Assembly (NCBI GenBank): GCA_040954595.2
Contig: CM082582.2
Location: 11,962,415-12,026,414 of the forward strand
From: Balanoglossus misakiensis
Taxonomy: Eukaryota; Animalia; Hemichordata
Length of the DNA: 64,000 nucleotides
Direction of reading: 5' to 3'
Each line of letters opens with the position of its first letter. Position 1 is the stretch's first letter. Positions 27,082 to 41,441 of this stretch are shown in pieces. The notes below the pieces were generated by a model, which was given only the letters and a program-made list of their open reading frames with translations, did not search any database and had not been told where the DNA came from. The translations under genes and the position numbers were made by a program.

Positions 27082-30000
27082 TTACAGTGACTTTGTTCTT
27101 CTCAGCACTGCATTCCGCATTTCATCATCACATGCCTGCAGAGTAGTGCGAGGAATCTGTTGGATTGCAGCCAGAGATGACTGTGAGATGCACCAACGTA
27201 CGAACGCTGACGTGTGGTCCATAAACTGCAGAGACAACACCTGAAATTTAAACAACATCATCTGGTTAACATCATTTACATGTACATGTATATGCAATGT
27301 GATATGATCTCTGTTTCATCATTATTCACCTGGCCATGCACCGATCAATTTTAACAAAAAATGTAACAAACAATACCTCATTGTGAAAACTCTTTTTGAC
27401 AAGTACTGGCAGTGTGTCGTCCACTGGGGCGATGTCAGTGTGAAGCTTGATGCATAAATTGTACATCTCCAACACCGCTGTACAGAAATAGGTGGACGGC
27501 AACAACTGTTGGTGTACTGGTTTCTTCAGTGCCCTCATCAGTCTGGAAAGAAGAAAGATAATTTAGGCTACAGAAAATTTGTCATCTAACTTGCCTGGTT
27601 ATTGGCAAGAAAGTATAATTATTTTTTTCGTCTCCCCTTACCTGAAAAATACAACTGGATACAGTTGATTAATGTATGGTGGCATTTCCAGTTTGTTCTG
27701 ACTGTGTTCCTTGTTGAAATCTGAAATTCACAAGAGTATCACTAAACTTAGCAATCTGTTGCAACCTCATAGAGTTACTCTGGTGTGACAAAATGTATGA
27801 ATATAAGAATGAACAAACGTAAAAATAATCACATGTCAGTCACATGATTTGTATGGATCCACTCACCAATGAAGACGCTTAGAAAACTGTCAGGGAATGC
27901 TGGTACCAAGTAACTCAGAACTGATGTCTGATAACTTTGCTGTTCTGGGTAGTATGTCTGATTGGCGACGGCCGCCACTAGACACTGCATCATGTGAGAA
28001 CATACCTGATGAGAAACAATATATCAGGTTACAGGGTTGGGTTAGAAATCACAGGGTTTATAAAGAATGCATGAGAATGAACAGTTTAGATCATGGGAAT
28101 CACACTTCCACAAACATACCTTCCTTCCTGCTGATTGGTTGCGCTGCCTCAGAGCAACAATGATGTCACGCACTGATGAGGGCGGGGCCTGTGCTTTCCT
28201 GTCAATCATAACTTGATAGACAGCTATAGCCAGGGTCAAAGGGCATACTGAGACACTGGTTGCTGTAGGAAAGGCTGTAGTGTCTTTAGATTCAGAGACA
28301 ACAAGGCTCTCTGCCCATTGGTGTATTTTGTCTAGATCTATAAAATGGGTTGGGTACTTATTTGCACGGACTTGAGATGTCATGGGCTTCAGTCTTGTCC
28401 AATGAAACTGTGAATGGAAAAATGTAATGCACAGCAGTGTCATAACAAACCAGAATCATTACTCTTTTGAATGACAAGATGGTAAACAAAGCCATCACAC
28501 ATCTGTAAACTCACAAGACTTATGCTCACCACAACTGAATGTAACAGGGAACTGCTTTCTTGAAACAAGCTCGAGAGACCAGACAGATCTTCATTATTCC
28601 TCGAACTGACAGCTGACAGAAATCCCTGAAAAGAAATCAGCAAGTCCAAAGATTAAAAATACAGAACAGCTTTCAGTCTGAACTATGGCCGAATCACATC
28701 ATTATGGAACCAGTATGTGTCCAGTGAGGAATCTGTGAAAAGACTATAATTCATACTCACCATCAGTAAATACTGAGTAACAGAGTATGACAAAACACAT
28801 GGGAAGTTCTCATCAACTAGCACTTGTCTCTGTTGACAGAAAGAAGTTAAAAGTCAAGAGCTCTCATTCAGTAATACAGGAAACGTTAACACCAAAAAAA
28901 TAAATAGGCATAAAATGTTAAAGGTGACATACCAGGTGCTTCTCAATAAGCTGGGCAACTTTCTCATAAGTGACAGACGCAACGGGGTAAATTGGACAGT
29001 CTGTGTAGAGTAAATATCCAGGTAAATGCTGTACTAGTCTGAAATGTGAACAAATGGTGATCATGTAATGATGTACAGTGTATGTAGATCTTGAATAGAA
29101 TCCTGTCCAACAGCCCTTGATATCTGACACCTAAAGTAACCATGATCATACCCGACAAGACCGCTGACTTGCTCTGTATAATCTAGTTGGTGAGCAACAC
29201 TCCTCTCTGGTTGTGAGCTGGTCTCTTGAAGTCTTGTGATCATTTCTCTCAGCAGCCATGGACAGCTCAATTCCTCATCAGGTGGCTGCTTTTCCATTGG
29301 TATGTATGGAATGAGCTCCTGTTTGGTTCAGAAATAATTAGGAAGCAAGTCATAAGTGAAAGTCACATTCAGATTCAAATTGATTCAAAGTTTTATCTTG
29401 AGACTGATATACCGGTATTTTTGAACATACATGTACATGAATTAATACCTGTAAGCAGCAAATGAGGTCACTACGGCAACCCTTACTGTCAAGTTTGCCA
29501 CACTGGTCACATGGCTTGCAACGGCCACACGACCTGTTGCCATGGTTCCTGAGAGTGTCTGTCTCAATCAGTGAGTCATGCTCCATCAGGGTATCCATCA
29601 AAACATTGCAAGCTTGTCTGTATGAGCCCCCACAGCCTCCCTGATCGACTGACAGTGAAAGGTAGTGAATGTGAACAGCCCAATGAAGGTAGTCATGCCT
29701 ACAGCAAAAGAAACATCAGAAATGAATTTGCAAGCCCAGATACCAAAATACATTGAACAGGCAGCAGACATTCTTTTCAACCATCTTTTCTGCATTTCAA
29801 ATTGACCAGTGATAGGAATAGGCTCATTACATGTATTGGTAATATTGAAATGAGTCATATCTCCATAAGATCTTTCTTAAGCTCATTTTTTGACTTGCCT
29901 TTCAATTGCATTCAACATGTCTTCATGTGGCTGTACATGAAGTTCTAAACTCAGCAAATCTTTCAAAGATATCTGAAAAAATTAATAGATGCAAAATACA

Positions 30001-33000
30001 GATTTCCTGAAATAATTTTCATTTTAAAAATGTAATAAATCCTGTTATAGTCATGCTATTGGAATTCCGTGATCGACATTTATACTTACTTTTCCACAGT
30101 TTTTCTGCAAGTCTTGAAATTCTTGTGATTTGTATATTGTATATGCAAGAGCCAAATCTGTTGGACCTTTTGCTGAAGATTGAATTTGAGCATCAATATT
30201 CCATCTTGCATCTGGATACAATCTGGGTACTAGGTAATAGAACTGCAATGCAAGTTATTATGTTTATGTGTTATTACATCAGTGGACTTCACAATGGACT
30301 GTTCAGTGACCCTCAACACCTGGGAAAAATGCTGCAGTGGATACAATATATACAAGAGATTTCAATATTTTGACTTTACACTTACTTTCCTGATCAGATC
30401 ATAAGGAATATAGGCTTGATTTCTGTTCACAGACTGGGCTGACGATGTCACAACATCAAAGGATAAAAATGCATGTTGTAGAATGGATGAGAAAAACCTG
30501 GAAACAAAGTAAAAGACTGTTTAAGTTTTGAAAGCACTGGCAACGAATGAAGAAGTTTCTACTTCCTGAGAGATGCAGGGGAGTAAGACTTTAGTTCAGT
30601 TTCTAAAGCCTTACCTCAGTGTAGACGTCATCCACTCTTTGGTGTGTATGTAGAGATGCTTGCATATGAGTGGGTAAATGTAAGTCCGTTGATTCTGTTC
30701 CAGAAAAATGATCAAAGAAATGCAATATTAGCAACAGATGGTATGATCAATGTGAGACATATATTGGATGAGTGAACCATCTATAAGTACTGGGACATCT
30801 AAATCAATCTACATCTGCCTACCATTGGCACAGGAATATCACTTCTGATTCCACTGACTTGAACTGGAAAAAAATTATCTTCCAACCTCCCAAGATGCAG
30901 CAGAAACACAGCCAGGCATCTCAGTTGGCATTCTTCTAAAGTTGAGCCCTGCAGGGACGAAGGAAGAAACATTTCTATGAACAAAATGATGCAAGAGACA
31001 AGACACCATCAACAATAAACCACAGCCTTGCAAAGCATATACCTGTTGACATATCAGACACCACAGTCTTGCGTACAGTGCTGGATGGATGCTCTTATGA
31101 GAACTCAACATATGGACGAACTGTGCACACCAAGTGGAGTCATTTATACCACGGCTGGCTGTGGCTACCAGTGTTTTACCGAAACCATTCAGGAGGACAT
31201 CAATAAGCTGAAATCAAACAAATACATGGACAACAGTTAACTTCGGAGCTTGTACGGTACAACGTAAAAGTGATTTGAAGAGAGAGCTGTGATCACAGAA
31301 GGTTTTTCCAAATTCAATCACATACCTGAAGGTTTGATGATGACACACCAGGACACTCAAGATCAAGTTCAAAGACACTGCCGACATTGCGAGATGACTC
31401 ACGACTCATTCCGATTACACTTTGAATTCTCTCCGAGATGATGGCAATGGGTGCAGAGAGAGCTGTAATGAGAACAAACACTGATCGATAGCAGAATGGC
31501 TGATACTGCGCTGTAAAATGCATCTTACTGTTCACCACTAGTAAATCTGCATATTGCAAGTGCAGCACCTGGTTGTCAGGCAAGGAGGATAAATTACCAG
31601 TAGCATGTGCTTATCAACAAACCTTTCTGCCAACTTTTCACATCAGATTTACACTTCAAGACACTTTGCAGTAACTGGTCTAGACTGTGTTTTAACTGAT
31701 CCAGTGGTTCAAGATCGTCCTCCTCAGGGTCATCTGTAAATGCGCCTAAGAGAGGACAATATCACAAGGTAAGGGGAAACCATGGAATCGAATAACTGTA
31801 AAGCCTGTATCTTTTGCATGCACACACTTTGATAATCAGACCATGGCCAAAATTCAGGTTGGTCAAGAGGAATTTTGCAGAATATCCCAGCTCACCTTCC
31901 AGTAAAGAACTGATTTCGTTCTGGCAAGCTTTTTGGTAGTTCTGGTACATGGAAGGTGGAATTTTATCCGATCTGTGGAGACATGTAGAAACATTTCATA
32001 GAGCATAAGGTTGTGGCTTGAAACAGAATCCGCGGCAATTGACTACTTTTAATGTATGGAGTCAATTCCAGTTGTGTACACAGGAAAACCAGTTTTAACC
32101 ACTAGAAAATTGGTGATGTTTGGTTTTCTTTTAGTATAACATCCTATAAGAAGGTGATGTGAAAGCATTCAATGCAATCTGATATATTAATACCTTCTTA
32201 GAGAATCAATGAACTTCATCCTGGAATCCGGAATATCAGGAAGCTGAAAATTGACCCAAATATCACTTTTATGAATAAGTCTTTGTATAAACTAAATAAA
32301 CGAGAGATTGACCAATTTGACCAATTCAATTCAGGGTTTGAGAACTGAAACTTAAACTTACCAGCCGTGGTTTCAGTAGATATACCAAGAAATGGCCCAG
32401 AAAGTAAGGTTTCCTGAAAATACTGATCAGAAATAGAACACAAAATGTCTTAGACCATCAATTTTTAAAAGAACATAGACTGAAATGCACTTGAAATAAA
32501 TACACTTACCTCGCTTCCATGACAGTAGACGGTACCTTACTATTTCTTTCAAAGGCAGTTATGGCTTTCTCGACATCTTTCTGAGCTTGTTCTGTTAGCT
32601 GTGAATTTGAAGGAAATGAAAAGATTTAGCGATATTACTTTAATGCAAAGAAGAACATAGAATATATTTGCAGTCGATATATTCACACCATGTAAATTAC
32701 AATGACAATGATATTATAACTTACTTGTTTCTTCTTTTGTTGTTCTGGGTTATGACTGTTGTTGCCATGGAGACTACTTTCAGAAAGACAATCAGGTAAA
32801 ACTGTGGACTGTGAGGATAACATAGATATTACTTATAAGCAACAACACTAAGACCAGGACTTTTAACAGAAATGTTGTCAATGAATAAGTTTTATACTTA
32901 CCCCAAGATCAGCAATTCTGGTCTTAGCCAGGGTGACATAATCCAGATACAATTCTTTACACTTCGGAACAACATAAGGTGGGTTGACTATGTGGACCTA

Positions 33001-36000
33001 AAACAAAAGTCAGTCACCATTAGTGATTGGTAATTATTTGAAAAAAAATATCGACTTGTATAATCAAAGATTTAGAAATGTGCCAGTAAATTTGTACCTT
33101 CAGCCAACATTCAGCTTCAAATGGCATAATCTCCGTCAAAAATTCCATCAGAAATGTAAAAGTCTTCTTGTTGTTTGCCAGACTACTGTTACTACTCATG
33201 AAGAAGGACTGCAAAGGGGGAAAGAGAAAGAGAAATTGCTGTAACAAAAGTTGTAGGGTGAAACTGTCGACTTTCCCCAAATACAAGGCTTACACAGTTG
33301 AGACAGGTTTGAAAAAACATGACCTTATCACTATGTGAAGAGGAATAAACAGCATTTCTAACCTGGAACCACTGACTGTATGACAGAAACACATCAGGGC
33401 CTTCAAGAGACGCTTGTCTTGCAAACAGAAAAGCTGTTGTCAGTTTCTCCTTGTTGCTGTCTTCAAATGCTTCTTGCAAGAGAGAACAGATCCAATCTGG
33501 GAACAAAACACCAACATTACCAATACTCATTTACCAAAACGGAAAATTGATAAAAATACAGCACTCTTTTTTAACACAGCTAATTTTTTTCAATGTAAGC
33601 TAGAAAGTCCAAAGTGACTCACCACTGAGTGCATCGCCTGCCTTTGTGAAATTACCGGCAAATGTGCTGATAAAATGCAGAACAAGCTGCCAGTTCACCT
33701 GAAGACAAGAAACCAGAAAGAGACATGCACCAAAATAAAGGAGTGTCTGGTGAGACTATTTTGTCATGGAAAAAAAGAATGGAGAATTTACAAAGAATCT
33801 ACTCACATCATGTCTGTCCACTATTCTCTGCAACATCTGTACAACTGCAGAGTTGGAACCCAGGATCAAGATTGCCTCTTGGAAGAGGGTTGACAACCTT
33901 CCAGACATTTGCATCCCAGTCTCCTGCTGCTTGCTGAATACCTCAGTGGCTGAAACAGAAATAATATGGGAGAGAAGGAAACAGCAAAGTCTGAACTATT
34001 GGCCTTGAAACTCAGAACATGATAATGTCACCGTGAGTGCCAGTACTGACCTTTCAGTGATGCATTGTGGGTGAGAATCTGAGTGAGCTGGTGAGTGACA
34101 AATCTCTGAAGCACTTTGAGGGGCAACTGATCAGCATGGATTCTTAACACTTGGAACAAATCCAGACAGCTCCTCTTCGTCTCAGGATTGGTGTCAGCTT
34201 GACTTTTCTCCAAAATTTCTGTGGGGTGGAAACACTCTAAAAGATTATGCTTGTTTCCATAGAACAGACCAAACTGAGAAATAGAGAAATAATTCCAAGC
34301 TCAACTCCAAAATTAAAATGGAAATGAAAACTTACTCAGCACAGCAGAATCAAGAATTACCACACAGGCCTGCAAGTTGGAAAGAAAATGTATTTGACGT
34401 TTGTAGTTTCTGCAAAATTGTTTTGGAAAGATTCAACCATAAGCACAGATGTCAAATGAAGTAAAAGAACCTGTTATAACAGACCTTCTGTAATCCTTTG
34501 GTGATGACATCATCTTTATCTCTGTCAGACTGGTGTTTTTCTGGGAATGCTTGGATGATCAAGGCTGACAATAAATCTAATTAGAGAAAGGGATACAAGT
34601 GTTAGTGTAGGAATGTTGCAGCTACAGTCTAATTGCTTCATTCTGTGCAATGCTTTCTTACCTGCAAGAATATTATGGATTAAATCCGATTCTTGAGTTG
34701 AACCACATTCAAGAATTTCCACCATATCCTCCGTAAATCCGGAGATGACATTTGGTTTTCCGACACTGGCAGTAATGAAGGCATCCAGAGGCATCATGGA
34801 TGATGAATGGAGTTGCCATAGCAATTCAAGAGGGAGGTGATGGCACTGGGGTGAGAAGAATGATGAGACAGTGTTTCAACATTGCAGTATTCTTTATGTG
34901 ACTGACTTTCCAGTAAATATGTCAGCTTTATAGTACTGAGATGGTATTTTTACCTGTTTGTTGAGCCTGTTGACAAAAAGACTTCTGTGGAATGACTGTG
35001 TTGACGACAGTTTCTTCATAATGGATACAAGTGTGTTTACCACTCGCTGTAATTAAAACAAAAAGTTGCAAAAAATGTTAATGATAAAAGGTTAATGAAT
35101 TATGCTTTTACAATCCTCAAAACCCAGGCAAAAATAGGTCAGTACACAGAAAGATAGAGGTGAAAAAGTTATTGCACTTACTCTCTCTGCAGTCGACAAT
35201 GTCTTGTTGTCAGCATCTTCTGGTGATCTGTTGCCCAGGATCTCGCACAGCTTAGAGGCACAAATATTGGCAGCCAGCACTGGTAACGCTACACCAGTTG
35301 ATGTACTCTGATTGTTCAATGCAGCTATACAGCCTTGGGAAAAAAGGATTATTAAGTATACACATTTACATAGAAAAAATACACTACCTTTCTCATCTTC
35401 AAACATTTGTATATATTATTTTTTTCTAAATATACCACCATGGTAATGCTATCTATACTCTATGGATTACTTCAACATGGGTTCTTGGATGTCTCATCAT
35501 GTCTGTATGAAAAATGTGAGTTCTGGTTTATCATGCTTTTATACCTGACACACTGAATTCCATCTCTTTCAGATCCTTCCCATCTTGTTGGAATTCAGTT
35601 TTAACTTCATCAGTCTTGTCTTCTATGATATCATTTCTTTCTTCTGTACTGGCCTGACAGAAATGTTAATATTATAAGAAAGATGCAGTTAATTTGTTAA
35701 TTGGTAGATTCTGGTTTTGTTGTCAATATTGGATAAAAAGGAGGGCCCATGCTGTTTCGTGTACTGGGTGTGAAGTATGCCTTACCTCTGCAACAAGCGT
35801 ATTGAAGTCTTGGTGGTGGCTAATAAGATGGAAGACTGCCTCTTGAAGCATTTCTCGGCTGGTTTCTGACTGCTGCTCATCGTGGTGTCTGGATGCTGGC
35901 AAAGATCAAATGTAAACAATAACAACAAGTCAATGTAAACAATGAGATGTCATCACTGACAACTGAGTTTCTCACTAGCATAAAAGCTTTTTGACTGAAA

Positions 36001-36224
36001 AGTTCGGTGATCAAGTGTGCACACTCGATCATTGCATACAGTCGATTACTGCCAACTTTGTGCTGATGATGATCACAGTATATACAGTGATCAAAACAAC
36101 GCAACAGTGCAATCGATCACTGAACACAGTTTAGTCTACAGATTACAAACGCGCTTGATCAACAAATCTGATTACCGAGTATGTCCTTGAAAGTTCTTTG
36201 CTTCTTTCTGGCGGGGTGGTCCAT
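27082..36224 (-). CDS. FANCA: Fanconi anemia group A protein, many short exons
   Basis: Spliced segments match recalled FANCA: LQEAVFHLISHHQDFNTLVAE, FLFARQASLEGPDVFLSYSQWF, FLTEIMPFE, DYVTLAKTRIADL, DVEKAITAFE...VMEASIFRKPYF, LPDIPDSRMKFIDSLRR, HDYLHWAV...GGCGGS. Not every exon boundary was checked. Confidence 0.92.
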
Positions 36225-36441
36225 CTTCTCAGTAGCACTTCGATCACGCGGAGAACATATCTTGATGTCAATACCTTGATGAAGATGATGATGATCAGAT
36301 GGGGGCGTGGCAGTTGTTTTGATCAGTCCTTGTAACACGTGCCAGAGTTCAAAGTTGGCGCTCATCTGCAAGGTCGGAGGTCAAGTAACAGCGCCATCTG
36401 CCGGCAGCCAGTCAACTCCCAGCGCGCATAGCGGTTTCAAG
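36225..36441. promoter_or_regulatory. Compact bidirectional promoter of FANCA and NDUFB9, with a DR1-like element and a CTCF-like motif
   Basis: 217 bp between divergent ATGs, CpG-rich; AGGTCGgAGGTCA at 36371-36383; minus-strand CCGGCAGATGGCGCTG at 36389-36404. Confidence 0.7.
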
Positions 36442-37473
36442 ATGTCGGGCCAATATCTGACCCACGGTCAGAGAGTCCTTCGTTTGTACAAGAAATCCTT
36501 GAGGCATTTAGAATCATATTGCCACGCCAGGTAGGCATGTTCGATCCTTAAAAGCACACTGTAGTGCAACGTCATTTTGCATCAATTCTTTCCCTTTTCT
36601 GTCAGCATAACCAAATCGTTTCAGTTGTTACTCTTGGAGCCCGGTATCGGTGTCTCTCGTCAGTCGCCGGGTCATGTGTTGGGGTCATGGCAGTTTTGCA
36701 CGTACCTAATCGATTTTGTCCACATTTTACTTTACCAACAACATACTGGTACTTTTTATAAAGCTTTATTCAGGTTTTTCTTGAAACAAATATACCCACG
36801 AATATTAAACGCGTGCTTTAAACTTGGGTAATGAGAACATCACCGATCCACTTCCTATTCCAAATATTGCACCAATTTTATTCTTGAAGGCATAAATTCA
36901 GATACCATGCAACGCTACTGAGAGCTCGTTTTGATGACAAGAGAGATGAAAAAGACATGGTGAAAGCAGCTAGGTTTCTGCAAGAAGGCGAAGAAGAGTT
37001 CTGGAAGAATCAGCACCCACAACCATATATATGTAAGTGATATTATTACAGCACACCTCCGTTATCCTGATTGGCTGAGACATACCCATGTGATTTTGGC
37101 TAATTTCTGTTTTTGTGCAACTTTTCAGTCATTGATTCTCCGGGAGGAACAAGGTATGAAAGGGATTTACCAGCGCCTGAATGGGTAAGTTGCTTTCACT
37201 CTTCCAAGTGTTCACTGTTTGTTGTAATACAAGCACTTGCTGTGCAGGACTGAAATATTTCAGAGGCAGAAATCATACATTTGGATATATGCGGATAATT
37301 CCCTTTGCTTTTCACAGGTCCTGGACCACTGGCATCCATCAGAGCGAGCCCGGTTCCCAACATATTTTGCCAGATATGAGAAAAGAAAACAGTGGGAAAA
37401 GGATAGGTGGGATAGGCTTATCCAGGAAGAAAAAGAGTTTCTTAGCAAGAAAGGCAAAGAAAGTGAAGTCTAG
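36442..37473 (+). CDS. NDUFB9: NADH dehydrogenase 1 beta subcomplex subunit 9 (LYR family), 4 exons
   Basis: [79 protein letters not shown]. Confidence 0.96.
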
Positions 37474-38241
37474 CCTGTATGATTTGGTGTGAGAGGACCT
37501 TTAGTATTGACGCTGATTTGGTTCAGTTGTTTTATGGTAATTTGGATGCTATGCTTTCGAGACCAATAAGTACTTTCATCTTCTGTAGCCAGTTTTTCCC
37601 TGACTGAGATCGAGCGAAGCAAACACATACTTCTGTCTGATCAGCTAATGTAGATACTTGCTGTAATTTTCTGGATGTGTGCTTGGAATGTTTTCACAAT
37701 GAGCCACTCACTATTAACATGCTGTTGTTGTTCCTGTAGCTTTTGTGTACACACTGACATCAGAAAGACATGTAGAATTGTGTGGTATTAAAAATACACC
37801 TTATTTGTGACAAACCATCTCTTCATTGTGAGGTTAATTATGTCGTTTTCTTGTATGATGTATAATTACAAGGTTTTGTGTACAAGTGTCTCACTACACT
37901 TTAGTCTGATCTAACCGTTGGGGGCGCTATTATGGCAAATACATGAACAATGTACATGTATTGTCAATTTCAAGCAGGCAGACCAGTCAAATCACTTGGC
38001 TTTAAAGTTATGAATTTTTATTACAATTCCCTTATAATTCCATGCATGTAGTGTATCCTTCTAATGGATACCATAGTTACAGAGAGGCACACCTTAGGTA
38101 TGTGTAAAATCAAAATTAATGTGAAGGTACAACAAAAGACCATCTTGTGTTCTTTCGTTTCAAAATCTAAATGATTATTTCACAGCAGGAAAAAAAAAAC
38201 TTTTACTGATAAATAGTCAACTGTCTGGTTGGGGGCAAGTC

Positions 38242-39665
38242 TTACTCCTTATGATGATGCCCACCACTGGCTATAGCTGAAAGCAAAATAACTTCCGAGT
38301 CACTACTGGAAGAGTCGGAATCACTACTTTCGGAGTATACCCCAAGTCCTGGCAGAATACCAATGACAGATGCTTGTGACTGGCTTGGTGCCTTTTGACT
38401 TTGTTCAGGTGTGTCCTTATCACTGGGCGTGTTTTCTGATGATCCTTCACTCTGCTGTTGGTCTGGCAGTGTTGGCTCTTTCTTTTCTGTGGCCGAACTC
38501 CCTGATGCTTTGGATTTCTTCTCAGGGCTCTCCTCACTACCACTTCTGTGGAATTTCAAACAGGATATAAAACTGTGAGTTGAGTTCATGTACACAAGAA
38601 TTTACAAATGCTGAGATGGGAGTATCATATCATAGAATAAATCAACTTCAGAAAAATAGAAATCCTGACTTCATGTCTCAAGGACAACATCTACACAAAC
38701 CGTTTCCGCTTGACAGCACCGGCCAACAGAGCCATTTGGGACTTCCTATTTCCGCTGACCACTGCCTTCCTGTCTCCTGGTTTAGATGCTGAGGTCACCT
38801 TTTCCTTCACATCAATGGTGGATGTTACAGACTCTTGAAAATAACGTCAAGGATTTGCTTGTCACTTTTTTGGAAGCTGAGCCCCTTTTTTTATAAATCC
38901 ACTGACACAGGGCTTTGAGCAGAGAAGATCACCAACAAAATCTTGCAAAATGTTAAAGGATATCTTGTATTCTTGAAGAATTGCCTCCTCTTCCGATAAC
39001 CTCTTCTTTTCAATTTGCATCTGTCTCTGAGAGACGTGATCTAAGAATTTAGACTCGTCATCATCAAGGCCTTGGTATATCATGTTTTCTGTGAAAAGAC
39101 ATAATTATTGGAGTCTGAACATGGAATAGGTTGGCATTTCAACATTTGCAGATGGTAGCGTGCTATACATAAATAATACATGTGATGAATCACTCATGCA
39201 CTCACTAAATTTAAACTTTTCATCATACTCCTCTTGCTTTTTGTCTTTCTGTTCTTGTAGTTGCTCATACAATGTCCTCGGATCATATTCTTCTTCAGGA
39301 CACTCTGAAAAATCAAAAGGTGTTGCCGGGATTTATGAAAAGTCACAGAATACCATAAAAGCTACTACAATGTGTGAAATAATAGCTTTGGGTCTGTATT
39401 GATCAGTCAAACCCATACAAATTTGGAACAAAAAAGTCACCACATTTACTTTGACTAGGCTTATTGTTTCCATAGCAACCCTTACTTCCCCAGCTCCCAT
39501 AACAACCTACTTTGCTCTTATGAATCTCAATGCAAGCATACAGTTTTTCCTACCTTCAGGTTGGTCATTAGTTCTTACTTTCTCCCATTCTTCTTGTCTC
39601 TTCTTTCGTTTTTCCTCAACCTCTGTCTCGGACACGAAAGATCGGAAGCTCATACTCTCAGCCAT
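38242..39665 (-). CDS. PSME3IP1: PSME3-interacting protein (FAM192A/NIP30), 5 coding exons, one U12-type intron
   Basis: [96 protein letters not shown]. Confidence 0.95.
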
Positions 39666-40332
39666 GATTGCAGTGTGTAATTTTACCTGTACAGCGATGA
39701 AACACATATTTACAGCCATTTGTTCCCAGATGTCAAGTTATGAATGGTTTGGCTCACAAGGCAAGCACCGACGTTTACATGAAAACAAACTTATATTCGA
39801 CCAACCTTAATAATCAAACTGGTTTCATTTTAGTACACAACAACACGTTTCACTGGACGTTCACTCTCCATACCGTGATCATTGCAATCGCTGAAATGAA
39901 CACATACCCGCGCGTTGTATGTATCACCACGACCTTTTGAAATGACCCGACTGTAGGCTTGTTCACAAACAAAAAAATAGCAATGTTTTAGAGAATGGTT
40001 ATTGCAAATCCGTATCAATGAGTACTAGTAAAAGTTTTAGTAAGTACAGAAAAAGTTAGAAAATGTCTTATATTTGCCGTATTTCTACATGTAGTATTGT
40101 TTTTAGTTCTGGTGACCTCTGAACTAGTGACCTTGTTCAGGTCTTGACACATGCGCAGCTGTGACGTCAATCAATGCGGAAGACAATTTTTGGGAGCCGG
40201 AGACACATGCTTTATGTAAGTTTTTTACATTTCCTGGACAAATAGTCGGTGATTACGCCCGTCAGTTATCTTTATCAAGAAAGCAGACGCGTTTATTTAG
40301 ACGGTGTAGTCATAAGATTGAAAATCGGACAA

Positions 40333-40957
40333 ATGGCTGAAAAAGACGTGACTGTCGAGGGTGGCGGCGTCGAAGAAAAGTTCAGAGGAATAAGAGATGA
40401 AAATGGGAAAAACCTGAAAACCGTGGTCTGTCAACGATGTGAATCGAAAGTTTTGAAACCCGAATCAGCCGTCTTTGTTCAAAAAGAGGTAAGCAACAAC
40501 GACAATTTGCTAGAGAATTGTCACTTTCTAAATCTGCAACAAACGATTGTTATAAAGTGATCAATTACATAATGGCATTGCCATTAGTATAATGAGACTT
40601 TGGTACGTAGATGCAGATGGTGACATCAACTATGTAAATTTACCATAATCTAGCTTGTTTTATGACAGATCAGTTAAAATCATATCGTAAATGTTCCACC
40701 ATCTTTACTTTCTCCAGCTCTTTCTTCCACATATGAAGAAGAAAAAAGAAGCGTCTGACCAATCTACAGGAGAGACATTGACAGATTTCTGGCTGGTAGA
40801 CGATATGTATACTTTCGAAAATGTTGGCTTTACCAACACTGTGGATAACATCAAGTATTTGACGTGTGCAGATTGTGAGGTCGGACCAATAGGATGGCAC
40901 GATTTGAGAAACAAAAAACAGTATTTTGTGGCTTTGGACAGAGTATATCATTCCTAA
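40333..40957 (+). CDS. RABIF: MSS4 / RAB-interacting factor, 2 exons
   Basis: Exons 40333-40488 and 40718-40957: GKNLKTVVCQRCESKVL, LFLPHMKKK, WLVDDMYTFENVGFT, KYLTCADCEVGPIGWH. Confidence 0.96.
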
Positions 40958-41441
40958 TATAACCCAACAATTGTGAATTTAATGTTTCACTGAGGGGAAA
41001 GTAAATTGTGTAACTTATCGCTGTAAAATACTGTGACAGAATGGGTTGGATGTGTAGACATAGACACTGTGAGAGGATGGGTCGTTTTGTTCTAGTTTAT
41101 TATAGAACATGTATTTTGTTTGACAAAATATTTTGTATAATGTAGAACTTACTTTAAATTCACATCACATTATCACTTTTAATCAGTGAGAATTAATACC
41201 AATTCTTAGAATTCATCTCTAGTCATAGTACTCAAAATCAAAGTGAATAATAGGTACTCAATTGAATAAATAAACTCTATAAATTGTCCAAGGCCTGGTA
41301 TTTAAAAACTTAAACCAGTTTCATGCTCACCCTGTAAAGTTCATTAATGCTGTAAATGCAAATGAATTACTAGAAAATATTCTGCTGTCATGCTGGAAAT
41401 GATCATTTCATTATATCACAAAAAGTTGACACACAGATAAT

